Shown one piece after another: positions 1 to 9,443 of a stretch of DNA of 64,000 nt. Each line of letters begins with the position of its first letter. The first letter of the stretch is position 1. A program made the position numbers and the translations under genes. The notes beneath the pieces are model-generated. The model was not told the DNA's origin, ran no database searches, and worked only from the letters and a program-made list of their open reading frames with translations. The stretch comes from Paenalcaligenes sp. (GTDB lineage Bacteria > Pseudomonadota > Gammaproteobacteria > Burkholderiales > Burkholderiaceae_B): assembly GCA_027317645.1 (NCBI GenBank), contig DAHVQS010000003.1, positions 9,236 to 73,235 on the forward strand, in the 5' to 3' direction.

Positions 1-653
1 ATCAAACCGGGTAGGTCGGCCAGCACAAAGCTATGGGCGGGTGAGGTGCGTACCACCCCCAGATGGGGCTGCAGGGTGGTAAACGGATAGTCGGCAATAC
101 GCGGCCGCGCGTTGGATACCTGATTGATGAGCGTGGATTTACCGGCGTTGGGAAGCCCTAACAACCCCACGTCTGCGAGGACCTTGAGCTCAAGACGAAG
201 CTTGCGATGCTCACCCTTGTCACCGACCGTAAACTGACGCGGGGTACGATTGATGCTGCTCTTAAAATTGAGGTTGCCCAACCCACCTGAACCGCCTTGG
301 GCGAGGGTGACGCGCTGGCCATCCTCGGTGAGGTCAAAGAGCAAATCGCCCGTGTCCAGATCATAAATGCTGGTGCCAATAGGCATGCGCAGTGTGATAT
401 CTGCACCCGAGGCACCAAACTGATCGCGTCCGCGCCCGTGCTCGCCGTTGGGTGCACGATGGATGCGGGCATAGCGAAAGTCCATCAAGGTATTGATGTT
501 TCGGTCTGCGACAGCGTAGATGTTGCCACCACGGCCGCCATTGCCACCATCTGGGCCCCCTTTGGGGATAAAACGCTCGCGGCGAAAGCTGGCGACGCCG
601 TTTCCGCCGTTGCCAGCAATGACTTCAATCGTGGTTTCATCAACAAATTTCAT
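1..653 (-). CDS. obg: GTPase Obg/CgtA, N-terminal ~217 codons (gene continues past the left edge)
   Basis: Absent from the ORF track because it is open at the window edge. Hand translation of the minus strand from ATG 653-651 gives [28 protein letters not shown], then a Gly-rich Obg fold, the P-loop [15 protein letters not shown], and [10 protein letters not shown] at the edge. Confidence 0.9.
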   Translation of the reverse strand, partial: MKFVDETTIEVIAGNGGNGVASFRRERFIPKGGPDGGNGGRGGNIYAVADRNINTLMDFRYARIHRAPNGEHGRGRDQFGASGADITLRMPIGTSIYDLDTGDLLFDLTEDGQRVTLAQGGSGGLGNLNFKSSINRTPRQFTVGDKGEHRKLRLELKVLADVGLLGLPNAGKSTLINQVSNARPRIADYPFTTLQPHLGVVRTSPAHSFVLADLPGL

Positions 654-711
654 GGTGTGATTCCGCAACCCAAAGGTAAATAAAGATGCTGTGGATAAAC
701 AGGCTTTATTG

Positions 712-743
712 TAAAACAAAAAGCCCTGCCAGCGGGCAGGGCT
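712..743 (-). terminator. Intrinsic terminator/attenuator between rpmA and obg
   Basis: Minus strand reads AGCCCTGCC-CGCT-GGCAGGGCT followed by TTTTTGTTTT. Confidence 0.6.
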
Positions 744-769
744 TTGGGATGTAGGTCGTGTATGAGAAC

Positions 770-1030
770 CTATTCGGAAGCGATGACCGATACGGTGCGC
801 TTGTTTTTGGGGCCATTGATGCTAAATTTCACATGCCCATCAACAAGTGCGTAGAGTGTGTGGTCTTTGCCCAGGCCCACATTGGTACCGGGGTGGAATT
901 TGGTGCCGCGCTGACGCACGATGATTGCGCCTGCGGAAATATTTTGACCACCAAAGACCTTGACACCCAGGCGTTTTGCCTGTGAATCGCGTCCGTTTCG
1001 CGTAGAGCCGCCGCCTTTCTTTTGTGCCAT
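770..1030 (-). CDS. rpmA: 50S ribosomal protein L27
   Basis: 86 aa. Starts [24 protein letters not shown], a classic L27 N-terminus. Lies directly downstream of rplU. Confidence 0.97.
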   Translation of the reverse strand: MAQKKGGGSTRNGRDSQAKRLGVKVFGGQNISAGAIIVRQRGTKFHPGTNVGLGKDHTLYALVDGHVKFSINGPKNKRTVSVIASE

Positions 1031-1071
1031 GAGAGAGCTCCTGTTTAATCAGAACACATTAAATGGCCTGC

Positions 1072-1383
1072 TTAGGCCTCGACCGCGTCGATACGCAGCT
1101 CTGTGTAGTTTTGGCGATGTCCTTGGGTACGACGATAGCCTTTACGACGACGCATCTTGAATACCTTGATCTTTTTGTGCCGACCTTGTGCAAGAATGGT
1201 CGCCTTGACTACTGCACCCGAAACATAGGGGGTACCCACCTTGATGGTGTCGCCCTCGCCAACGGATAGCACTTGGTCTAGCGTGATCTCTTGCCCAATG
1301 TCTGCAGGTATCTGTTCTACTTTCAATTTCTGGCCAGGGCTAACGCGATATTGCTTACCCCCAGTTTTTATGACCGCATACAT
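1072..1383 (-). CDS. rplU: 50S ribosomal protein L21
   Basis: 103 aa. Starts [14 protein letters not shown]. Part of the rplU-rpmA-obg synteny. Confidence 0.97.
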   Translation of the reverse strand: MYAVIKTGGKQYRVSPGQKLKVEQIPADIGQEITLDQVLSVGEGDTIKVGTPYVSGAVVKATILAQGRHKKIKVFKMRRRKGYRRTQGHRQNYTELRIDAVEA

Positions 1384-1477
1384 GGGTTGATTTCCTTAAA
1401 AACTAAGTTCAAGTTTAAAAACAAACTATAAGCGGACAATTTTAACCCGCAACAGGAAAAAATAGCAAGAACAACGA

Positions 1478-2704
1478 CTAAGAGCGGTAATCTGCATTAA
1501 TGCTGACGTAATCATGCGACATATCACAGGTATAAACGGTTTCGCTGTGTTTGCCACGGTCAAGGGCGACCCGTACTGTGATTTCGCTGCTTTGCATGAC
1601 ACGTTTGCCGTCAGCCTCGATGTAGTCGGGATGGCGGCCTCCATCCGTGGCGACCAACACATCACCCAGCCAGAGTTTAATTTTATTGACCTCGAGATCG
1701 TCAATGCCGGCATAGCCAATGGCGCATAGAATACGGCCTAAATTGGGGTCAGAGGCATAAAAGGCGGTCTTAACCAGCGGCGAGTGGGCGATGGCATGGG
1801 CGATTTTGAGTGCCTCAGTGGCGTCCTTAGCCTGCTCTACCTGGATGGTGATGAATTTACTGGCCCCCTCACCGTCGCGCACGATCTTTTGGGCCAAGTC
1901 CAAGGCCGCCTCTTTGAGTGCTTTGTAGACCTGGGCGTAATAAGGGCTGGCCACCGAGTCTATGTATCGCTCTGACTGGCCCGTGGCGACTAAAATAAAA
2001 GAGTCGTTGGTAGAGGTATCGCCGTCGACGCTAATGCGATTAAAACTATGATTGGCGATGTCGCGGGTCATCTCAGCCAGCAATTTAGGATTGATGCCAA
2101 TATCAGTACATAAAAAACCCAACATGGTGGCCATGTTGGGACGGATCATGCCTGCGCCTTTGCTGATACCGGTGATGTTGCACTCATGCCCATCAAGATC
2201 GAGTTGGGTGGAGTAGATTTTAGGTTGTGTATCGGTGGTCATGATGCTATGGGCAGCCTCATACCACTGATCATCCTGTAAATCATGGACTGCTTTGGGC
2301 AGTGCTCCCAACAGTTTTGGCATGGGCAAGGGCTCGAGGATCACGCCCGTAGAAAAAGGCAGTACTTGGCTCGGGCGCAAGTCCATGAGCTTGGCGAGCT
2401 CGGTGCAGGTTTGGCGGGCATCGGCTAGGCCGGGCTCGCCCGTGCCAGCGTTGGCGTTGCCCGTATTAATGACCAACGCGCGGATGTCTTGTTCTTTGTG
2501 TAGGTGCTGTTCGCAGACCTGTACCGGGGCGGCCCGAAATCGGTTGGTCGTGAATACCCCAGCAACCGCACTGTTAGGCGCCAAACGGAATACCGTGATG
2601 TCGCGATGGCCCTCTGTGCGGATGCCAGCAGAAGAGATGCCGATTTCTACCCCTTTGACCGGGTGAATGTCTTTTTTGTCCGGAATATGCAAATTGACTG
2701 CCAT
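1478..2704 (-). CDS. argJ: Bifunctional ornithine acetyltransferase / N-acetylglutamate synthase ArgJ
   Basis: 408 aa. Contains the ArgJ self-cleavage region [14 protein letters not shown] and ends [11 protein letters not shown]. Confidence 0.9.
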   Translation of the reverse strand: MAVNLHIPDKKDIHPVKGVEIGISSAGIRTEGHRDITVFRLAPNSAVAGVFTTNRFRAAPVQVCEQHLHKEQDIRALVINTGNANAGTGEPGLADARQTCTELAKLMDLRPSQVLPFSTGVILEPLPMPKLLGALPKAVHDLQDDQWYEAAHSIMTTDTQPKIYSTQLDLDGHECNITGISKGAGMIRPNMATMLGFLCTDIGINPKLLAEMTRDIANHSFNRISVDGDTSTNDSFILVATGQSERYIDSVASPYYAQVYKALKEAALDLAQKIVRDGEGASKFITIQVEQAKDATEALKIAHAIAHSPLVKTAFYASDPNLGRILCAIGYAGIDDLEVNKIKLWLGDVLVATDGGRHPDYIEADGKRVMQSSEITVRVALDRGKHSETVYTCDMSHDYVSINADYRS

Positions 2705-2838
2705 AGCACACCTATGAAGATCGATAAATCATAAAAACCGCAGCCACATAAAAGCGGGCCTCGTGTTGTCTATCATACCGTGAACCCGTCTGTGACGCTA
2801 AGTCTTGGCAGTCGTTGTATCACCATTGTTTGCCTCGT

Positions 2839-3360
2839 TCAGGCGCGCTCAGTGCATTTCAGATGGACCAATGTTTTAAGTTGGGCCAGCTCTTCTTGTA
2901 AAAGGGTGATGCTGGTTTGGGGCAAAGCGGAAAAGAATCGCTCAACACATTTTTGGTAGGCTTGGGCGATGATCGCGTATTGGGCCTTTCCTTTGGCAGT
3001 GAGAAAAAGCATCGAGCTGCGGCGATCGTTAGGCAAACGTTGGCGTTTGACGTAGCCCTCCTTTTCTAACTGATCCGTGATGCCGGTGATATTGCCATTG
3101 GTGACCAACATGTGTCGGGACAATGCAGTCATTTTCATGCCCTCGGGGCGACTGGCCAGTTGGGCCATGAGCTCAAAGCGGGGCAGGGTGGTATTAAACT
3201 CGCGGCGCAGGCAACTGCGGAGTTCGTTTTCTATCAATGTAGAGCAGCTCAGCATGCGCAACCAAAGTCTGAGTGCTGATTGATCATCCTGGGGTAGCCG
3301 ACTTTCGAGGTCGGGTGCGTCGCTGAGAAAGGTATTGCTAGGAATGTCTTGGATTTTCAT
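2839..3360 (-). CDS. MarR-family transcriptional regulator
   Basis: 173 aa. Winged-helix pattern MTALSRHMLVTNGNITGITDQLEKEGYVKRQRLPNDRRS. Confidence 0.75.
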   Translation of the reverse strand: MKIQDIPSNTFLSDAPDLESRLPQDDQSALRLWLRMLSCSTLIENELRSCLRREFNTTLPRFELMAQLASRPEGMKMTALSRHMLVTNGNITGITDQLEKEGYVKRQRLPNDRRSSMLFLTAKGKAQYAIIAQAYQKCVERFFSALPQTSITLLQEELAQLKTLVHLKCTERA

Positions 3361-3472
3361 GGCATGACCTTTAGGTTTCGAATTCTAGTCAAGTCATTCT
3401 AGCGAGGCGTGACGCAGCCGTAGTTGCGAATGATCAAAGAACAAAAGATTAGGGATTCAATAGTGGATATTT

Positions 3473-3514
3473 AAAAAGCATCGCGGCGCCCCAGCGGGCG
3501 CGGTGATGCTTTTT
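3473..3514. terminator. Bidirectional-looking GC-rich hairpin flanked by an A-run and a T-run, downstream of hemL
   Basis: AAAAAGCATCGCGGCGCC-CCAG-CGGGCGCGGTGATGCTTTTT. The stem is imperfect. Confidence 0.5.
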
Positions 3515-3534
3515 AAGGTCAATCCATCGCAGGA

Positions 3535-4815
3535 TTATTTAATGTTGGCAAAAGCCTTTTCAGCGGCAGATAAGGTCTGCTCGATAATAGACTCATCGTG
3601 GCGGTCAGAGACAAAACAAGCCTCAAAGGCGGAGGGGGCCAAATACACCCCTTCGGCCAACATGGCGTGGAAAAAAGCCTTGAACTGCTCAATATTGCTG
3701 GCGGCCACATCGTTCATGTTGCGTGGCTTTTCGGCACTGAAATACAGTCCCAGCATACCACCAACGTAGTCTGTGGTTAGGGTCACTCCGGCGGCATCAG
3801 CGCGGCTTTGCAGCCCATCGGCCAACTGCGCTGTGCGAGCCTCTAGGCGCTCGTAAAAGCCTTGGGCTCCGACAGCCTTGAGTGTGGCGATACCGGCGGC
3901 CATCGCCACTGGGTTGCCCGATAGGGTGCCGGCTTGATAAACGCCCCCTAGTGGCGCAATGGTGTCCATGATTTCTGCTTTGCCGCCAAAGGCACCCACG
4001 GGCATGCCCCCGCCAATGACTTTGGCCAAGGTGGTCAGATCTGGCTCAATGCCGCTAATGCCTTGGACGCCTTGGGGGCCTGCCCGAAACCCGGTCATGA
4101 CCTCATCAAAAATCAACACGGCGCCATGCGCGCTGCATTGTTCGCGTAAAGTTTCTAGAAAGCCATCGCGCGGTTTGATGAGATTCATATTGCCGGCAAT
4201 GGGCTCAACAATCACGCAGGCAATGTCCTGCCCGTGGGTTGCAAAGGCCTCTTTGACGCCCTCAATATCATTGAAATCCAATACGATCGTATGTTGGATG
4301 AATTCTTCGGGCACCCCGGCAGAGGTGGGGTTACCAAAGGTCAGCAGCCCCGAGCCAGCCTTGACCAATAAGCTATCGGCATGGCCGTGGTAGCAGCCCT
4401 CAAACTTGATGATTTTATTGCGCCCTGTATGACCGCGAGCCAATCGAATGGCGCTCATTGTGGCTTCGGTGCCTGAGCTCACCAGACGTACCTTTTCAAT
4501 GGCGGGCAAGCGCTGTTTGATGAGTTCGGCCAGCTCGATTTCTGCTTCGGTGGGGGCACCAAATGACAGCCCCTTTTCAGCGGCGGCTTGTACGGCTGCG
4601 ATTACCTCGGGGTGAGCATGACCTAAAATGGCAGGGCCCCATGAGCCGACATAATCGATGTATTGCTTATCGTTGGCATCCCAAATCCATGGGCCTTGGG
4701 CTTTTTCTATAAAAAGTGGCGTGCCCCCAACTGAGCCAAAGGCGCGGACAGGTGAGTTAACACCGCCAGGAATGGCTTGGCAGGCACGTTCAAAAAGGGA
4801 AGTATTACGATCCAT
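3535..4815 (-). CDS. hemL: Glutamate-1-semialdehyde 2,1-aminomutase
   Basis: Contains [12 protein letters not shown] and class-III aminotransferase motifs. I moved the start from 4857 to the internal ATG at 4815 ([11 protein letters not shown]), which has an AAGGA Shine-Dalgarno sequence and matches normal HemL length. Confidence 0.93.
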   Translation of the reverse strand: MDRNTSLFERACQAIPGGVNSPVRAFGSVGGTPLFIEKAQGPWIWDANDKQYIDYVGSWGPAILGHAHPEVIAAVQAAAEKGLSFGAPTEAEIELAELIKQRLPAIEKVRLVSSGTEATMSAIRLARGHTGRNKIIKFEGCYHGHADSLLVKAGSGLLTFGNPTSAGVPEEFIQHTIVLDFNDIEGVKEAFATHGQDIACVIVEPIAGNMNLIKPRDGFLETLREQCSAHGAVLIFDEVMTGFRAGPQGVQGISGIEPDLTTLAKVIGGGMPVGAFGGKAEIMDTIAPLGGVYQAGTLSGNPVAMAAGIATLKAVGAQGFYERLEARTAQLADGLQSRADAAGVTLTTDYVGGMLGLYFSAEKPRNMNDVAASNIEQFKAFFHAMLAEGVYLAPSAFEACFVSDRHDESIIEQTLSAAEKAFANIK

Positions 4816-4922
4816 AATCTTGGAGATCCTTGTCGATAATGAAACGATAGGCCGCATGCCCGCACGATGCGCATTGGGTCATCGACTGGGCGCGGCCATT
4901 TAAGTGTGGTTGAGCAGGTGGT

Positions 4923-5597
4923 TTAGGTGGCGTACTGCTCGAAACATTGTACAAAGCGTTGCGCCTGAGCAGTGACGTCGGGGGCCTCAAATAAACTGGT
5001 GATGACGGCCACCGCATCCGCCCCAGCACTAAAGGCATGGCGAGCATTTTCGGGGGTAATGCCCCCAATGGCGACGATGGCAGTGCGTCGGGTGCGTGCC
5101 TGTGACGCGCTGTAATCGCGGGCCTTGGACAGCAGTTGGAGCTCGGCCCGCACAGCCTCGGACTTGACGGTGGAGGGGAATAACGCCCCAAAGGCAACAT
5201 AATCAACGCCATCGCGGATGGCCTGACGCGCCCGTCCCAACTCGTTATAGCATGAGGTGCCCAGCCATTGGTTTGTGTGTAGGCTCTGGCGGGCGTGGCG
5301 CAATGAGCCATCCTCTTTGCCCAGATGGAGCCCAGCGACCGGATGCTGCATCGCTAACTCGAGCTGGTCATTGATAATCAAGGGCAGGCCTATTTCATTA
5401 CAAAGCGCAACCACAGCGGTTAGCTGGGTATGGGCCAGCGATTCAGGGGCGTGCTTGCGGCGCCATTGCAAAACGCTCATCCCGCCTGCGTGGGCAGCGC
5501 GAATGGCCTTGAGCAACTGGTCGGTGTCATCCCATTCGGGGGTGATGCCGTAAAGACCGCGCGGAAAAAGAGGGGTCATCGCGTGTGTGGAATTCAT
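4923..5597 (-). CDS. thiE: Thiamine-phosphate synthase
   Basis: TMP-TENI family features: GLYGITPEW, LQWRRK, INDQLELA, VAFGALFPS, IVAIGGI. Start set at MNSTHAM, where ATG 5597 overlaps the upstream stop as ATGA. The 74-codon upstream extension of the ORF looks non-coding. Confidence 0.85.
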   Translation of the reverse strand: MNSTHAMTPLFPRGLYGITPEWDDTDQLLKAIRAAHAGGMSVLQWRRKHAPESLAHTQLTAVVALCNEIGLPLIINDQLELAMQHPVAGLHLGKEDGSLRHARQSLHTNQWLGTSCYNELGRARQAIRDGVDYVAFGALFPSTVKSEAVRAELQLLSKARDYSASQARTRRTAIVAIGGITPENARHAFSAGADAVAVITSLFEAPDVTAQAQRFVQCFEQYAT

Positions 5598-6433
5598 GTC
5601 TGTTTGCTGTGTGTAATGGGTTGAAGGATGCCTGCCTGATGAATGAGGCGGTGGCCCATGCCGGCTTGAAAAACATGTGTGCTGACCCCATCTACATAGT
5701 TGACTGCCTGCTCGCATGCGGGGGCCAGCTCGAGCTGCCAAGCAAACTGTGTGGCGCAGATACAGGCTAACATGCCCTCGGTATCTTGGACACGCTCTAG
5801 GGGGTTGGCCATGGGCCATTGTCGATACAGGCCTTGCTCGGTATAGAGCTGATAAGCACTGTGCTCACCTGGGCTTTGCGCCGTGGTGTACAGAACGGCA
5901 CGGGCCCCTAATCGGATCAACGCACGCGCCGGATGTTGATTGGCAGGCAGCAAATCCTCGGCCTGCCACTGTTGTAGCAATATTTGATCGGCGACCACCA
6001 ATTGGCAAAAGGGCACCACCAGGTCGAATATTGCTTGGATAATTTCATCACTGTCTTGTTCGCGTCCCACTTGTGCCGAATCGGGTATCGACTGCAGGTG
6101 CAATACCAAGGGCAGCTGCGGGTAATCCGCCAAGATTTGACCCAAGATACTGGCCTCTTCTACAGAATATAGTGGGCCGGCCTTGATGGCACGGATATTG
6201 AGATCCTCGAGTAAGCAACGCATTTGATCATGGATCTGCTCTGGGGGTAATAGGCTGATATGGTCCAGAGTCATGGTATCTTGGATGTGCACAGCGGTTG
6301 CCACCGTTGCAGGATGACACCCCGTCAACTGGCAGCTCAGTGCATCGGCAGTGAGGTACTGGGCCGAGGTCGGATCCAAGGGGCCGAATAACAGTACCGA
6401 TGGAGGGGCTGATACTGACAAATCTGCAGTCAT
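5594..6433 (-). CDS. ThiD-like (HMP/HMP-P kinase family) protein with degenerate active-site motifs
   Basis: 279 aa, colinear with ThiD. Where ThiD has DPSGGAGIQADLKT it has DPTSAQYLTADALS, and where ThiD has THGTGCTLSAA it has DTEGMLACICA. Translationally coupled to thiE. Confidence 0.6.
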   Translation of the reverse strand: MTADLSVSAPPSVLLFGPLDPTSAQYLTADALSCQLTGCHPATVATAVHIQDTMTLDHISLLPPEQIHDQMRCLLEDLNIRAIKAGPLYSVEEASILGQILADYPQLPLVLHLQSIPDSAQVGREQDSDEIIQAIFDLVVPFCQLVVADQILLQQWQAEDLLPANQHPARALIRLGARAVLYTTAQSPGEHSAYQLYTEQGLYRQWPMANPLERVQDTEGMLACICATQFAWQLELAPACEQAVNYVDGVSTHVFQAGMGHRLIHQAGILQPITHSKQT

Positions 6434-6550
6434 TTATATTTAATGTCAAATAAAAAAGTAAGGCGCTGCTCGGCAGCACAATGTAGTATTATTGTTCCAT
6501 TTTAATGGATCGCCCCTCAAGGGGTATAGCATTTTATAGAGTATTAAATT

Positions 6551-6715
6551 ATGCGTACATGGATGTGTTTAATTTGTGGTTGGCTTTATGATGAAGAGGC
6601 GGGCGTACCCGAAGAGGGCATTGCACCAGGCACCCGCTGGGAGGATGTTCCCCCCAATTGGGTGTGCCCCGAGTGCGGGGCCCGTAAAGAAGACTTTGAA
6701 ATGATCGAGGTCTAA
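6551..6715 (+). CDS. Rubredoxin
   Basis: 54 aa, below the ORF-track cut-off. Hand translation gives MRTWMCLICGWLYDEEAGVPEEGIAPGTRWEDVPPNWVCPECGARKEDFEMIEV, with two CxxCG knuckles. Confidence 0.9.
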   Translation: MRTWMCLICGWLYDEEAGVPEEGIAPGTRWEDVPPNWVCPECGARKEDFEMIEV

Positions 6716-6751
6716 TTACGTTATAGATAAAAACGACTCTAGGAGGTTTTA

Positions 6752-7342
6752 ATGGGAAAAGATTCCACTGAACAAACATCTTCGAGGGTCGATTTTTCAC
6801 GTCAATTGCTCGTCGCAATGCCCGGCATGGTGTCGGGCAGTTTAGCCGACACCGTTATTTTCATGTGCGAGCACAACGAGCAGGGCGCTCTAGGGGTTGT
6901 GATCAATCGCCCCACCGATATGACGGTGGGCGATTTGCTCCAGCGAATTGATTTAGAGCTGTCGTTGGAAATCGGCCTGACTCAAGAGGCGCCAGTTTTC
7001 TTTGGCGGACCCGTACAGACCGACAGAGGGTTTGTGTTACACGCCCCGGCGCGTGCTTACAAATCCAGTATCAATCTGGGTCAAATGGCGTTGACCACTT
7101 CACGTGATGTGCTACAAGAGGTGGCCCAAGGCACTGGCCCCGAAGATGTGTTGATTACTTTGGGCTATGCGGGCTGGGGGCCCGGACAGCTCGAGGATGA
7201 AATGGCCCAAAATGCCTGGCTGCATGTGCAGGCCAACCATGATATTTTATTTGCCACTCCGGCCGAAGAGCGCTATAGCGCAGCATTGGCCCAATTAGGC
7301 ATTGATCCTATTATGCTGACTGGAAGTGCCGGCCGTGCCTGA
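6752..7342 (+). CDS. yqgE: YqgE/AlgH family protein (UPF0301)
   Basis: 196 aa. Contains LLVAMP, VIFMCEHNEQGALGVVINRP and GYAGWGPGQLEDE. Confidence 0.85.
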   Translation: MGKDSTEQTSSRVDFSRQLLVAMPGMVSGSLADTVIFMCEHNEQGALGVVINRPTDMTVGDLLQRIDLELSLEIGLTQEAPVFFGGPVQTDRGFVLHAPARAYKSSINLGQMALTTSRDVLQEVAQGTGPEDVLITLGYAGWGPGQLEDEMAQNAWLHVQANHDILFATPAEERYSAALAQLGIDPIMLTGSAGRA

Positions 7343-7754
7343 TTTACCGACTGAGCTGACCTTGCTGGGTTTTGATTTTGGTGAACAGCGGATAGGGGTG
7401 GCCATTGCTAATACCATTAGCCGCAGTGCACGCCCTTTGAGCGTGATTCGCGGTAAATCACGGGCCCAGCATTTAGCTCAGATAGCCCCTTTGATCGACA
7501 CTTGGCAGCCTCAGCGCTTGGTGGTTGGCCTGCCCTTGTTGACTGATGGCGGCGAGCAGTTACAAACGCAACAGGCACGCCGCTTTGCCCGCCAACTGCA
7601 TGGGCGGTTTGGGTTGCCTGTGGATATGGTCAATGAGTGGGGCAGCACCCGCGAGGCCAAATTGCATGTCGGTGCCTTTGAGGATGACGATGATGTCGCT
7701 GCGGCCATTATTTTGCAACGCTGGCTAGATGAGCCGCCTCACAACATAAAATGA
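7326..7754 (+). CDS. ruvX: Holliday-junction resolvase-like nuclease RuvX/YqgF
   Basis: 142 aa. Contains LGFDFGEQRIGVAI. Overlaps the yqgE end. GTG start. Confidence 0.85.
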   Translation: MPAVPDLPTELTLLGFDFGEQRIGVAIANTISRSARPLSVIRGKSRAQHLAQIAPLIDTWQPQRLVVGLPLLTDGGEQLQTQQARRFARQLHGRFGLPVDMVNEWGSTREAKLHVGAFEDDDDVAAAIILQRWLDEPPHNIK

Positions 7755-7779
7755 TTAACAATCACCTCAACATCGGCAC

Positions 7780-8541
7780 ATGATAGCGTTTGGGCGTTTT
7801 TTATTTTTTGGGATTTTATTATTTTTTTGGGTCCTACTAGGATTGGCCATTATTGCCGGCTATTTTTCTTGGTGTGGTGTCCATAAAAAACAACCTGTGA
7901 TCCGCTGGTGGTCGCGGCAATTACTGTGCTTATGTCGGGTGCGTATTGAGTTGCAAGGCGCACCCGCTGCTCAGGGTACGGCTGCTCTGTGGGTTGCAAA
8001 CCATGTCTCTTGGCTGGATATTTTTGTGATTAATGCTGTGCGCAGCACGCATTTTGTGGCCAAGAGTGAAATTCGTCGTTGGCCGCTATTAGGTTGGTTG
8101 GTCGCAGGGGCCGGGACGGTTTTTATCGAGCGCCAACGCCGCCATGCAATAAAGGCGGTATCCGAGCAGTTGAGCCATCTGTTTGCCCAAGGCCAGGTGG
8201 TGGGTCTTTTCCCCGAGGGGACCACCTCTGATGGCCTCGATGTCCAACGTTTTCACTCCAGCCTCTTTGGCACAGCCATCGCGGCTAATGTCCCGCTACA
8301 GACCATTGCCCTGCGCTTTTATGCGGGGCAACAGCGCAGTACCCGTTTTGCTTTTACCGGGGATCAGAGTTTGGTGGCCAATATCTGGCAGCTACTGAGC
8401 AGCAAAGAACCCGCGCGCGTGCAATGCATTTTTGTCGATGCGCTGCCTGCTGAGCAGTGTGCACGCATGACCCGCGCCGAGATAAGCAGTTGGGCCTGGC
8501 ATTCCATTCGCCAAGCCGTGGCGGCTGAGCGAGGGGATTAA
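7780..8541 (+). CDS. Lysophospholipid (1-acyl-sn-glycerol-3-phosphate) acyltransferase family protein
   Basis: N-terminal TM segment, the acyltransferase HX4D block NHVSWLDI, and FPEGTTS. Confidence 0.8.
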   Translation: MIAFGRFLFFGILLFFWVLLGLAIIAGYFSWCGVHKKQPVIRWWSRQLLCLCRVRIELQGAPAAQGTAALWVANHVSWLDIFVINAVRSTHFVAKSEIRRWPLLGWLVAGAGTVFIERQRRHAIKAVSEQLSHLFAQGQVVGLFPEGTTSDGLDVQRFHSSLFGTAIAANVPLQTIALRFYAGQQRSTRFAFTGDQSLVANIWQLLSSKEPARVQCIFVDALPAEQCARMTRAEISSWAWHSIRQAVAAERGD

Positions 8542-8585
8542 TGGCTGGCCGCCGTGCCCAGTGGGCCACGGCTGTCGTGGGGACA

Positions 8586-9431
8586 TTAAATGGGATCGAG
8601 GCTGCGTTTTTCTTGGGCGGGGACTTGTACGATGTGATGATCTTGTAAACGCATGGCTGTCAGTTGCCCGCCCCAGAGGGCGCCCGTATCGAGGGCGTAG
8701 ACCCCATATTCATTGAGCAAGCCCAAGGTTGACCAATGGCCAAAGACAATGGGCTGAGTGATTAAACGGGGCAGACGAAACCAAGGCTGTAAGTGTTCAG
8801 GGGCTTCGGTGGGGGCATTTTTGGCACCAAAATCCAGCGCCCCATCAGCCTGCATATAACGGATGCGGGTCAGTACATTAATCCCATAGCGCAGTCTATC
8901 GTCGCCTTGGAGCTCGGGGGACCAAATAGCGGGCTCATTGCCAAATAGGCTGAGGATACGCTCTTTCCAGTCATCCCCTTGTAGCACCGCCTCGATATCA
9001 CGGGCAATCTGGCGCAATTCGGATAGACTCCAGTCCGGAGCGATGCCGGCATGAACAATCAAATGATCCGCGGCCTCAAGCAACAAGGGCTGATGACGTA
9101 GCCAGTCGACCCAAAAATCCCGCTGTGGGCTCTCTAAAATATCCCCAAAAGTATCGTATCGGTTGGGTCGGCGTGCCCCAGCAGCCACACTCAAAAAATG
9201 AATATCATGATTGCCCAGCACGCATTGGGCACGGTCGCCCAGCTGATATAGCCGTTGCAGGACGCCTAGGTTATCTGGGCCGCGATTAATGAGATCGCCG
9301 GCAAACAGCAATTGGGCTTGGGGGGCGCTACTGATAGCGGGCTGGGCCAACAGGTAATCCAGGCTTTCAAGGCAGCCTTGCAAATCGCCAATTACCCAGT
9401 GTTGAGGATCGTTGGTTTCGGTCATTGTCAT
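8586..9431 (-). CDS. apaH: Symmetrical bis(5'-nucleosyl)-tetraphosphatase
   Basis: 281 aa. Metallophosphatase motifs GDLQGC, GDLINRGP, GNHD. Length matches ApaH. Confidence 0.85.
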   Translation of the reverse strand: MTMTETNDPQHWVIGDLQGCLESLDYLLAQPAISSAPQAQLLFAGDLINRGPDNLGVLQRLYQLGDRAQCVLGNHDIHFLSVAAGARRPNRYDTFGDILESPQRDFWVDWLRHQPLLLEAADHLIVHAGIAPDWSLSELRQIARDIEAVLQGDDWKERILSLFGNEPAIWSPELQGDDRLRYGINVLTRIRYMQADGALDFGAKNAPTEAPEHLQPWFRLPRLITQPIVFGHWSTLGLLNEYGVYALDTGALWGGQLTAMRLQDHHIVQVPAQEKRSLDPI

Positions 9432-9443
9432 GAAGGGTTGGCA

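Noticed and set aside
158-683. ORFs 158-472 (minus strand) and 297-683 (plus strand) at the left edge
   Set aside because: Both lie inside, or antisense to, the clearly recognisable obg reading frame, which the track omits because it is open-ended. Neither has a recognisable motif.
5598-5819. Long N-terminal extension of the thiE ORF, and similar extensions of the hemL, mtgA, accB, prmA, rplM, pmbA, gltX and dctP ORFs
   Set aside because: The extensions are Arg/Pro/His-rich or lack similarity to the family N-termini. Internal ATGs with Shine-Dalgarno sequences or ATGA coupling give normal protein lengths.
6434-6550. TPP riboswitch upstream of thiD-like/thiE (also checked at 56833-56929 upstream of the thiG-like gene)
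   Set aside because: I could not find the conserved CUGAGA and ACCUGAUCUGGAUAAUGCCAGCG-type elements on either strand.
6549-6818. 89-aa minus-strand ORF
   Set aside because: It is antisense to the well-supported rubredoxin gene and to the start of yqgE. Its composition looks like a shadow ORF.
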